A DNA stretch of 59,374 nucleotides, counting the filler. It is 5 parts of 5 records of this genome, joined end to end, with 100 filler letters (N's around TTAATTAATTAA, not from the genome) between each part and the next. Parts side by side here need not be neighbours in the genome. Positions count along the whole stretch, not along the records: positions 1 to 6,494 come from SRR22947727_3902; positions 6,595 to 18,309 come from SRR22947727_3920; 3 more parts are not named here. One strand, 5' to 3'. Below the pieces are notes generated by a model. That model ran no database searches, had not been told where the DNA came from, and was given only the letters and a program-made list of their open reading frames with translations. This document shows, piece after piece, positions 1 through 8,393 of this stretch (position 1 is its first letter; every line of letters begins with the position of its first letter). The translations under genes were made by a program, and so were the position numbers.

Positions 1-159
1 CGGGTGATCCAACCCTATTGGTTCGTGAAAGGTGGAGGTCATCTGAATGAAAAAGGCCCCGCCGAGCATCCCGATTGTCGCGTTGTGCATCCCGATCGAC
101 GCGCACAGTGTCCCGACCGGTGCGTGCAGTGTCCAAAAAAGAAGATCAAACCAGATCAC
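1..159 (-). CDS. Possible partial hydrophobic ORF running off the contig end
   Basis: GTG (157-159) overlaps the upstream TGA (GTGA). The frame is open to base 1: MIWFDLLFWTLHAPVGTLCASIGMHNATIGMLGGAFFIQ... Confidence 0.25.
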   Translation of the reverse strand, partial: MIWFDLLFWTLHAPVGTLCASIGMHNATIGMLGGAFFIQMTSTFHEPIGLDHP

Positions 160-1256
160 TCCTGCGGGCGACCTTTTCCTTTGCCACCCTTTCCTTTCAT
201 GCCCTTTTCGCGTCCTTGTCCGCCAACGTGATCAATTTTCCCGTCACCATCGCGATCTTCGCCGTATTCCATTTCATTTTCGAAGTGAATCCCTTCGCGA
301 CGCCCTGCGGACACATGGTCACCGTAGCTTTTACGAACCTCGGCCACCGCAAATCCTTCGTTTGCCTTTAAAAGCGCCGCTTTAATATCGTCGGCACTCG
401 CAGTTAAGGGAAACTCGTCGATCGCCCGTCCGGATTGGCCAAACTCGTCCGCATGAATAAGAACGATACTTGGTTTCGATGGCGATTTTTTGATCGAATC
501 CGCCCATTTTGCATCTTCCGCTGCGTCAGCAAAATCGAGATGAAACCTGCCAATCACGTCTTTATCCGCAAATACAGGCTTCAACGTCCCCTTCACTTTC
601 TCCTGATCTGTCGCTGGAGCAGAAACGAAAAGAAGCAACCGCTGGTCACCCGACGCGACGTTCAGCGCCTGGCGAAACGAATGAAAATCCTGCAACGTCA
701 TCTCATCTTCATTGCCTTTGGGCCGATACGATTTTGCAATCTTCTCCATCGATTCGACCACTCCCTCGGCGTTGGTGTTCCGACCCGCTCCCCGAGCTGA
801 CGCCAAGCCCTGATTGGGACTGCGACCAGTCCTGGAGAGTCGCTCTTCCGCATCGGGAGCGAGAATACAAAACGCAGTATTTTCAAAACGACCGTCTAAA
901 AACGTCCGAATCAAATCCTGATGCGCTAAGCTTTCATACGATTCAAGGCGAACACAAACAAACTTCCGGGACGCTTCAATAAACTCTTTTTTCGAGAACA
1001 AACTGTTCTGCGTATTGGTGTAACCGGGTCAGAACACGCCCGAAATACCGGAACACGTTGCGGCGGCTGCCATGAAAAAGATGGGGCGATTTGATCGAGC
1101 TGCTTCGGCTTTGGCCGTGTCCCACGTGGTATACCACATGATTCCGGCATCCCCGACGGGCTGAGAGCTCGCGCCAATGTCGATTGGCCGCGGTCCCTGC
1201 GCGAATGCAGCCGATGCTGCGAGCGCTAGCAATGATAAGGAGTATTTAATCTTCAT
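156..1256 (-). CDS. Putative secreted thioredoxin-fold selenoprotein, 366 aa, Sec (UGA) at codon 76
   Basis: ORFs 1029..1331 and 156..1001 are in the same frame, separated by one TGA (1029-1031) and 9 sense codons. Joined translation from ATG 1256: signal peptide MKIKYSLSLLALAASAAFA, then WYTTWDTAKAEAARSNRPIFFMAAAATCSGISGVF-U-PGYTNTQNSLFSKKEFIEASRKFVCVRL. This is a continuous thioredoxin-like pattern with U at the catalytic Cys position. Confidence 0.75.
993..1012 (-). promoter_or_regulatory. Candidate bacterial SECIS hairpin
   Basis: mRNA CG-C-AGAACA-GUU-UGUUCU-CG. The apical loop starts with G, 26 nt after the UGA. Confidence 0.55.
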
Positions 1257-1390
1257 ACCCGAACAAACCGGAAAGGCGGAAAATGGTTTCGCTAAATTTT
1301 GAAAAAACGCTTTTCGCAGCAACCTTTCCACCTCCAGAAAATCTCAAATCTCAGACTTTCCTTTCTGTAACTCGTTGCTAGACTTCGCGC

Positions 1391-3292
1391 GTGACATCCC
1401 CTGAAAAACGAAAAATCGCCTACCTGTATTCACGGTATCCTGTTGTTTCGCAGACCTTCTGCGATTCAGAAATGCTGGCGCTCGAGTCTCAGGATTTTGA
1501 TCTCGATATTGCATCGATCAATCCGCCGCCAAACCCGTTTCGGCACGAGCGATTTGATCAACTCGAAGCGGATGTGTTTTATCCACCGACCCCCTCGGTG
1601 TTGTCTCGATTAAAGGAGAAAGCGCAAGCTGACGGCACTTGGAAAAAGCACTTTGGCGATCTCATTGCCTGGCACAATTCGGAATACGGCCCGTCTTTCA
1701 AAGCTGAAATCCGCGCTCGAAACGCCCTCTACTTTGCTGAGATTTTCAAGAAGCGCGGGATTCAACATTTCCACGTTCATTTTGCGAACCGAGCCACGCA
1801 CACGGCGCTTTTCATCAAAAAATGGTCGGGAATTCCGTTCAGCTTTACCCCGCACGCTCAGGATTTCATGATCGATCTGGGAAGCGACGATCTCCTACGC
1901 GAAATGTGTCGCGAAGCAGAATTCGTGATCGGCGTGAGCGATTTCTCCAGCAATCTACTTCGCGAAACGTGCCCGGAATCAGCTGACAAAATCAGCCGAA
2001 TTTACAACGGAATCGACATGAGCCAATTCCCGCAGGCGCCGATTTCAAACACGGGTCCGTTTAGAATTGTATCAATCGGAAGGCTTATTGATTTCAAGGG
2101 ATTTAATCACCTCATCGCTGCGTGCGCTCAGTTGAAAGGACGCCAAATTCCATTTGAGCTCACGATCGTTGGCGAGGGCCCGCTTCGAGAAACGCTTGAA
2201 GCCCAAATTGCAGAACTCAATCTGACCGAAGAAATTAAACTCGCCGGAGTGATGAGCCAGGAGCAAGTTAAAGCAAAGTTGCAAAATTCGGACTGCTTTG
2301 CTCTCGCCTGCATCGTTGATTCCAAAGGTGCCAGCGACATTTTGCCCACGGTTATCACCGAAGCGATGGGCTGCCGATTGCCAATCGTTTCGACTCGTTT
2401 GGTCGGCGTTCCTGAAATGGTGGTTCACGAAAAAACCGGACTCCTCGTTGAACCCGGCGACGAAAAAGAACTCGCTGATGCGCTTGCCGTTTTGCATTAC
2501 GATCGCCGCAAAGCGCGCGCTTATGGACTTTACGGTCGCGAGCGTTCGGAATCGATTTTTGAACTGAAAATCACATCGAATCAACTCATCGAGAAATTTG
2601 AATCGGTCATGCCGGAACCGGCTGATATTCCTGAAAACCCACCGATTTTATTTCTCACTGATCAATTCCCTGTGTCGAGTTCAGCGAATCGTTGGGATCG
2701 CGAATCCGTTCTCGAAGAAGTCGCATATGCCGCCAGCAATCATGCCGATGTCATCGAAGTCATGGCGGCAACGTCAGCACGAAAAATCGATAAGAGAAAC
2801 ACATCTGCAGTTTTTCCCAACTGGGCTGGAGAAATCGAATTTTTCCCCGACGGACTCGTTTTAGAAGCTGAATGGGAAAACCAACCTGAGACCGTTAAGG
2901 AAATCCTCGATTTACGCGGCAAACTGGGATCCGGCATCGACACTGAATTCTTCTTTTCGCAGGCGCGGCGTGCCCTCCATCTTGCACGTGTTACGAAAAA
3001 ACGCGCCACGGCCCGCATTCACTCACTCCGAAGCGACAACGCAGTCTGTGCGTGGATCGTTCATCAATTGACCGGCTTGCCGTTCTCATTCTCGGCCGAG
3101 CCAAATTCGGAGGTCGGATCGAATACACTCGATAAAATATCCGAAGATGCTGTCGCGATTGATCCTCTCGATTTGCGCGAACCGAGTTCTGGCAAACGAC
3201 TGAAGATTGGCCACCTGAAATTAAAATTACCGGGAAAAGGAAATTTCCCAGACCGTTCCGAAGCGTTGGAAAAATGGTTTTCGAATCTGTAG
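1391..3292 (+). CDS. Glycosyltransferase family 4 (WcaL-like) with extra C-terminal domain
   Basis: YLYSRYPVVSQTF, HFHVHFA, SIGRLIDFKG and LPTVITEAMGCRLPIVST motifs. Confidence 0.85.
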   Translation: MTSPEKRKIAYLYSRYPVVSQTFCDSEMLALESQDFDLDIASINPPPNPFRHERFDQLEADVFYPPTPSVLSRLKEKAQADGTWKKHFGDLIAWHNSEYGPSFKAEIRARNALYFAEIFKKRGIQHFHVHFANRATHTALFIKKWSGIPFSFTPHAQDFMIDLGSDDLLREMCREAEFVIGVSDFSSNLLRETCPESADKISRIYNGIDMSQFPQAPISNTGPFRIVSIGRLIDFKGFNHLIAACAQLKGRQIPFELTIVGEGPLRETLEAQIAELNLTEEIKLAGVMSQEQVKAKLQNSDCFALACIVDSKGASDILPTVITEAMGCRLPIVSTRLVGVPEMVVHEKTGLLVEPGDEKELADALAVLHYDRRKARAYGLYGRERSESIFELKITSNQLIEKFESVMPEPADIPENPPILFLTDQFPVSSSANRWDRESVLEEVAYAASNHADVIEVMAATSARKIDKRNTSAVFPNWAGEIEFFPDGLVLEAEWENQPETVKEILDLRGKLGSGIDTEFFFSQARRALHLARVTKKRATARIHSLRSDNAVCAWIVHQLTGLPFSFSAEPNSEVGSNTLDKISEDAVAIDPLDLREPSSGKRLKIGHLKLKLPGKGNFPDRSEALEKWFSNL

Positions 3293-3416
3293 AGTTAAGG
3301 TTCGTCCCCACCATCTCTGTGACCTCGACAGCACCATTGTATCGCAAATTCCTAAATTTCAGCATTGCCAAGCCGCGCCTGACCCTGTTTCCTTGGCGGC
3401 GAGTTTGTCCGTTCAA

Positions 3417-4325
3417 ATGTCCGCCGATTCTTCAACCCAACCCGAGCCGAAACCCTCCAAGAAACAGGTGTTCGGCAGTCGCCTGATCAGCACACTTTGT
3501 TTGTGGGCTTTTTTCGTGATTGCCTTCTGGCTGGCGATCGATTGGCTCTTCTTCGCCATCGCCGGAGTCATCGTACTTCTCGGGCTATTTGAATATTTCA
3601 GCCTCTTTCCAATTATCGGATTTCGGCGATTTCAGTGGCAAACCTACGGCGTCACCATCGCCTACTTCGGGCTGCTATTCGCGCGACACTGGGGATTTGA
3701 GCCCGATTGGCTTGTTGATCTCGATAGCTTCGCCATCGCCGCGCTGGTTATCTGCGTAGTACTCGAACGGCTCCGCGCCCCCATCGAAGGTTTTCGAACG
3801 CTCGATGAAATTTCGGCGACCATCTTTGGATTCATCTACATTGTGATCCTCTTCGCCTTCGTTCCCAAAATCCTGCTGCTCGACGATTTGAAGGACACTG
3901 CAGGGAATTTTTCCGCTCACTTTTATGTTTTGTATCTGCTGATGGTGACGAAATTTACCGACATGGGTGCGTATGCAATTGGGTCGCTCATTGGTCGCGA
4001 TAAAATGGTTCCTCACGTTAGCCCGGCGAAAACCTGGCAGGGATTCGGCGGCGCAATCCTCTTCGCCTTCATTGCCAGTTTCGGAGCCTATTTTCTATTT
4101 GGAGATAAAATTCCGCTGATCACGCCGCTCCACGCATCGATCCTTGCGTTAGCCCTCGCACTCGTTGCGGTTCTCGGGGATTTGGCTGAATCGATTTTGA
4201 AACGCAGTCTCGAAGCCAAAGATTCCGGCCACAAAATGCCCGGCATCGGTGGCGTGCTTGATCTGATCGATTCCGTGCTTTTCACCGCTCCGATTTTGTA
4301 CGTTTATCTGCTGATAATTTCCTAA
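3417..4325 (+). CDS. cdsA: Phosphatidate cytidylyltransferase
   Basis: TDMGAYAIGSLIG, SPAKTWQG, GDLAESILKR...KDSG...PGIGGVLDLIDS signature; directly upstream of dxr. ATG 3417 chosen over the ORF-track TTG at 3393. Confidence 0.93.
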   Translation: MSADSSTQPEPKPSKKQVFGSRLISTLCLWAFFVIAFWLAIDWLFFAIAGVIVLLGLFEYFSLFPIIGFRRFQWQTYGVTIAYFGLLFARHWGFEPDWLVDLDSFAIAALVICVVLERLRAPIEGFRTLDEISATIFGFIYIVILFAFVPKILLLDDLKDTAGNFSAHFYVLYLLMVTKFTDMGAYAIGSLIGRDKMVPHVSPAKTWQGFGGAILFAFIASFGAYFLFGDKIPLITPLHASILALALALVAVLGDLAESILKRSLEAKDSGHKMPGIGGVLDLIDSVLFTAPILYVYLLIIS

Positions 4326-4331
4326 CTTTCT

Positions 4332-5498
4332 ATGTCCGATTCCCCTCCTCCGAAGAAACTCGTCATTCTCGGCTCCACCGGATCGATCGGTGAAAGTGCT
4401 CTCAAAGTCGCACGCGACATCCCAGAGCGGATGGAAGTGATCGGTCTCGCGGCAAATCGGAGCGCCAAACGACTCGCGGAGCAATGCGGTGAATTTTCGG
4501 TAAAAAACTGCTCTCTCACCGACGAATCCTGCGTCGGTGATTTGCGTGACGGACTTCCCAACAATGTAAAAACGGGAGTCGGCCCCGAAGGGATGATCGA
4601 GCTCGCGACCTTGCCAGAGGCTGACATGATTCTCATCGCGATTGTCGGAATCGACGGACTCCGCCCTGCTCTTGCCGCCATCGAAGCCGGAAAAGACATC
4701 GCGGTCGCCAGCAAAGAAATTCTCGTCATGGCTGGTGAAGCGGTCATGACTGCTGCCCGCGAAAAGGGCGTGAATGTTTTGCCGGTCGATTCCGAGCACA
4801 ACGCGATTTTCCAATGTCTCGAAGGTAAAAAATCCGAAGATGTTTCCCGGCTGATTCTAACCGCGTCCGGCGGCCCATTCCGCCAATCTCCTGCTGAGGA
4901 ACTGGCAGCAGTCACTCTTGAACAAGCCCTCAAACACCCGACATGGGAGATGGGCCGTAAAATCACGATCGATTCCGCGACGCTTTTCAACAAAGGCCTC
5001 GAAATGATCGAAGCCCGCTGGCTCTTCGACGTCGAAATGGATCGCGTCGACGTCATCGTTCACCCTCAGAGCATCGTTCACAGCATGGTGGAATTTATTG
5101 ATGGCTCGATTCTAGCCCAGCTCAGCACCCCTGATATGTGCTTTCCCATTCAATACGCGGTGACCTGGCCGGACCGCGTTCCCAACACCCTTGAACCTTT
5201 AGATTTCGCAGCCCTCGCCAAACTCGATTTCGAAAAGCCGCGATTTGATGATTTCCCCGCGCTCAACCTCGCCAAACGCGCTGGTCGCGAAGGCGGCACA
5301 CTCCCCGCCGTGATGAATGCCGCTAACGAAATCGCCGTGGCTGCTTTTCTTGAAAAATCGTTGGGATTTCCCCAAATTTGGGAAACCGTTAATCATGTGA
5401 TGGACGCACACCCTCAAAACCCGAAGCCAACGCTCGATGAAATTATCGCAGCCGACGCCTGGGCCCGAGATGAAGCAACATCGCTGCTTTCGAAATGA
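4332..5498 (+). CDS. dxr: 1-deoxy-D-xylulose 5-phosphate reductoisomerase
   Basis: LGSTGSIG, LPVDSEH, LTASGGPF, HPTWEMGRKITIDSATLFNKGLE. Confidence 0.98.
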   Translation: MSDSPPPKKLVILGSTGSIGESALKVARDIPERMEVIGLAANRSAKRLAEQCGEFSVKNCSLTDESCVGDLRDGLPNNVKTGVGPEGMIELATLPEADMILIAIVGIDGLRPALAAIEAGKDIAVASKEILVMAGEAVMTAAREKGVNVLPVDSEHNAIFQCLEGKKSEDVSRLILTASGGPFRQSPAEELAAVTLEQALKHPTWEMGRKITIDSATLFNKGLEMIEARWLFDVEMDRVDVIVHPQSIVHSMVEFIDGSILAQLSTPDMCFPIQYAVTWPDRVPNTLEPLDFAALAKLDFEKPRFDDFPALNLAKRAGREGGTLPAVMNAANEIAVAAFLEKSLGFPQIWETVNHVMDAHPQNPKPTLDEIIAADAWARDEATSLLSK

Positions 5499-6469
5499 GC
5501 ACTCCAAAATCTGCATCCCACACCGGCCCGGTTCGCATTGGCCTTGACCTTGGCGGCACTAAAATTCTCGCCAAGGTTTTCACCGAGAGCTACGAGACAC
5601 TCGGCAAAGCCAAAACAAAAACCGAAGGCCATCGCGGCGTAAAATCCGGTTTGAAACGGATGGTCCTCACCATTGAGGAAGCATTGGAGGAAGCTGGCGT
5701 ATCAGCCGACCAAATCACCAGTATTGGCGTTGGTTGCCCCGGCCCAGTGAATCCAAGAACCGGCGTCCTCATCGAAGCTCCCAATTTGGGATGGAAAAAC
5801 GTCCCGATCACCGAACATTTTAGCAAAGCCTTCGGCGGAGTCCCCACCGTGATTTGCAATGACGTCGACGCAGGTATTTACGCCGAATACGAAATGGGAG
5901 CTGGCAAAGGCTCCGATTGTGTTGTCGGAATTTTTCCCGGAACCGGTATCGGAGCAGGAGCCGTTGTCGGCGGTCAGCTGCTACAAGGTGCCAAACTTTC
6001 CTGCATGGAATTGGGCCACATCCCACTTGGACTTAATGGCTCATCCCTTGAAACGGAGTGCAGTCGCCTGAAAATTGCCATCGAATCCGCCCGCGCTGCG
6101 TATCGTGGTCTGGCCCCGCATTTGCTGAAAACCTGCGGGACCGATATTTCAAAAATCACCTCAGGAAAACTGGCTGACTCAATTGCAAATGGCGATCTGG
6201 CGATCAAGGAAATCGTCGTAACCGCAGCAAAAACCCTCGGAGTGGGCGTCGCGACTGTTGTTCACCTTCTCGCACCCGATAAGATCATTCTTGGCGGGGG
6301 ATTGGTCGAAGCATTGCCTGATCTCTTCGTTAAACACGTTCGAAAATCCGCCAACGCGCATCTCATTGAAACCTATCGCGACAGCTTCAAAATCGTCGCG
6401 GCAGAACTCGAAGACGACGCCGGCGTGATGGGGGCAGCCGCCTGGGCAGCCCGCAAATCGAGTCAATAG
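5495..6469 (+). CDS. ROK family sugar kinase
   Basis: GLDLGGTKI, GVGCPG, NDVDAG, GTGIGAG and ELGH motifs; no N-terminal HTH. Confidence 0.9.
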   Translation: MSTPKSASHTGPVRIGLDLGGTKILAKVFTESYETLGKAKTKTEGHRGVKSGLKRMVLTIEEALEEAGVSADQITSIGVGCPGPVNPRTGVLIEAPNLGWKNVPITEHFSKAFGGVPTVICNDVDAGIYAEYEMGAGKGSDCVVGIFPGTGIGAGAVVGGQLLQGAKLSCMELGHIPLGLNGSSLETECSRLKIAIESARAAYRGLAPHLLKTCGTDISKITSGKLADSIANGDLAIKEIVVTAAKTLGVGVATVVHLLAPDKIILGGGLVEALPDLFVKHVRKSANAHLIETYRDSFKIVAAELEDDAGVMGAAAWAARKSSQ

Positions 6470-6494
6470 GGTTGATTCATCGAACAGACCCTGT

Positions 6495-6594
6495 NNNNNN
6501 NNNNNNNNNNNNNNNNNNNNNNNNNNNNNNNNNNNNNNTTAATTAATTAANNNNNNNNNNNNNNNNNNNNNNNNNNNNNNNNNNNNNNNNNNNN
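6495..6594. other. Artificial contig spacer
   Basis: 44 N + TTAATTAATTAA (stops in all six frames) + 44 N. Confidence 0.99.
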
Positions 6595-6623
6595 CGTAGG
6601 TTCGAGTCCTACCGGGCCCACCA
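6595..6623 (+). tRNA. 3' end (T arm, acceptor strand, CCA) of a tRNA truncated by the contig start; isotype unresolved, Ile2-like
   Basis: GTAGG-TTCGAGT-CCTAC T arm followed by CGGGCCCACCA. Confidence 0.8.
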
Positions 6624-6670
6624 TCTAATATTTTTTTAAGTTATACTTCAAATTTCTTTGGGGATAATTA

Positions 6671-7975
6671 ATGCCAAATTTAATGAATGAATCTTTTACA
6701 TTGCCATGCGGACAGGTTATTAAAAATCGTGTTTGCAAAGCAGCAATGACTGAGCGTATTGCTAAAGGTAATAATTTAGCTCATCAAGGCCATGTAAATC
6801 TTTACGATAGGTGGGCAGAAGGCAATATAGGTATTCTGTTAACTGGAAATGTTCAGGTTGACCACAAAAACCTTGAGGGACCTGCAAATGTAGTGATTGA
6901 TCAGAATAACTATAAAGAGCAATTTGATGCTCTTAAAGCATGGTCAGCAGCAGGGACAAAAAATAATACACAGTTATGGATGCAAATCTCTCATGCTGGC
7001 AGGCAAACACCTGGTGAAATAAATTCTTCTCCCTTAGCTCCCTCAAATATTGGATTAAAAATACCTGGTAAGAATTATGGCTCTCCAACTCCAATGACAG
7101 AGGAAGATATTCTCGATGTAATAGACAGATATGTTTTTACCGCAAAAATTGCAAGAGAAACAGGGTTTACAGGTGTTCAATTTCATTCAGCTCACGGCTA
7201 TCTTTTATCGGAGTTTTTATCACCAGATATTAATAATAGAACTGATGCCTGGGGCGGCAGTCTTGAGAATAGAGCTAGGATTCATATAGAAATTATTAAT
7301 AAATGCAGAAAAGAAGTTGGTGAAGACTTTCCTATTTCAGTTAAATTAAATTCTACAGACTTCCAGAAAGGCGGGTTTACCTCTGATGAAAGTATTCAAG
7401 TAGCTCAAATGCTAGAAGATTCAGGTGTGGATATTATAGAAATTTCAGGTGGAACATACGAACAACCAAAACTCATAGGTGTGGATGATCTAACTATTAA
7501 CCCAAAAAGAAGTGAAGAAAGAAAAGAAAGCACAATTGCAAGAGAAGCTTATTTTCTTGAATATGCACAAGATATTAGAAAGGCGGTTTCCCTACCTCTT
7601 ATGGTCACAGGCGGTTTTAGAACTAAAGCAGGTATAGAGGATGCCTTGCAAAGTAATATTTGCCAAATGGTAGGCATTGGAAGACCTCTATGTGCAGATC
7701 CTTATTGCATCAAAAAAATGATAGCTGGCGAGATAGAAACATTACCAAGTTTTGAAAAGACTCTTTCATTAGGGCCCTCAATTTTTTCTCCATCAAGTCC
7801 ATTCACCATAATAAAAGTTATTAATGCATTTGGCGCAATGGCATGGTTTTATCAACAAATTAAAAATATGTCTAAAGGCCTAATGCCTAACCATGATCAG
7901 AAACTTTTTAATGCTTTTAGAGCCGATATGAAAGAAGATAAGTTGGCAATTAAAGATTATTTGAACAATAACTAA
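6671..7975 (+). CDS. NADH:flavin oxidoreductase (Old Yellow Enzyme family)
   Basis: KNRVCKAAMTE, QISHAGRQ, HSAHGYLLSEFLSP..NNRTDAWGGSLENRAR. Confidence 0.93.
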   Translation: MPNLMNESFTLPCGQVIKNRVCKAAMTERIAKGNNLAHQGHVNLYDRWAEGNIGILLTGNVQVDHKNLEGPANVVIDQNNYKEQFDALKAWSAAGTKNNTQLWMQISHAGRQTPGEINSSPLAPSNIGLKIPGKNYGSPTPMTEEDILDVIDRYVFTAKIARETGFTGVQFHSAHGYLLSEFLSPDINNRTDAWGGSLENRARIHIEIINKCRKEVGEDFPISVKLNSTDFQKGGFTSDESIQVAQMLEDSGVDIIEISGGTYEQPKLIGVDDLTINPKRSEERKESTIAREAYFLEYAQDIRKAVSLPLMVTGGFRTKAGIEDALQSNICQMVGIGRPLCADPYCIKKMIAGEIETLPSFEKTLSLGPSIFSPSSPFTIIKVINAFGAMAWFYQQIKNMSKGLMPNHDQKLFNAFRADMKEDKLAIKDYLNNN

Positions 7976-8299
7976 TTTTTATTTACTCAAGACTTTTATG
8001 ATTTTATATATGGACACTAAATCCATATTCTTTGATATGTTCTGCCATTCTCTTTCACGGCCACAAGTTCGAGTTTTGTGAATAAGTAAAATAGTTTTAG
8101 GGTTTGAAATTTCATTCCTTGTGTTAAAAGAAAATACTAAAAGCATTAATGTGTGTGCAAATGATTATAAGTAGGCATTTTTTTCATATATTTAGCTAAC
8201 AAGCTCAATGATTTTTTCCAATACTTAATCCTAAATATTCATTTATATTTTAACAACTTACAATTTTAAATTACTTATTTAGGTAGGATAAATTTTTGA

Positions 8300-8328
8300 T
8301 TTACAAAAATAAAAAAAAGGCGTAAATT
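8300..8328 (+). promoter_or_regulatory. Sigma70-like promoter for the GcvT-family gene
   Basis: TTTACA-N17-TAAATT. Confidence 0.45.
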
Positions 8329-8393
8329 TATTACAAATACTTCTTATTATATATAAAAAGAAGATATAAGTTATAAAGCACGGGAGAGCAAAT

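Noticed and set aside
156-1001. 281-aa ORF as an independent gene with a TTG start
   Set aside because: It begins mid-domain with no evident RBS and is better explained as the part of the selenoprotein after the UGA.
6539-6550. Recurrent palindrome TTAATTAATTAA (also at 18354, 23928 and 53794)
   Set aside because: It is a synthetic six-frame stop linker inside N runs, not a biological repeat.
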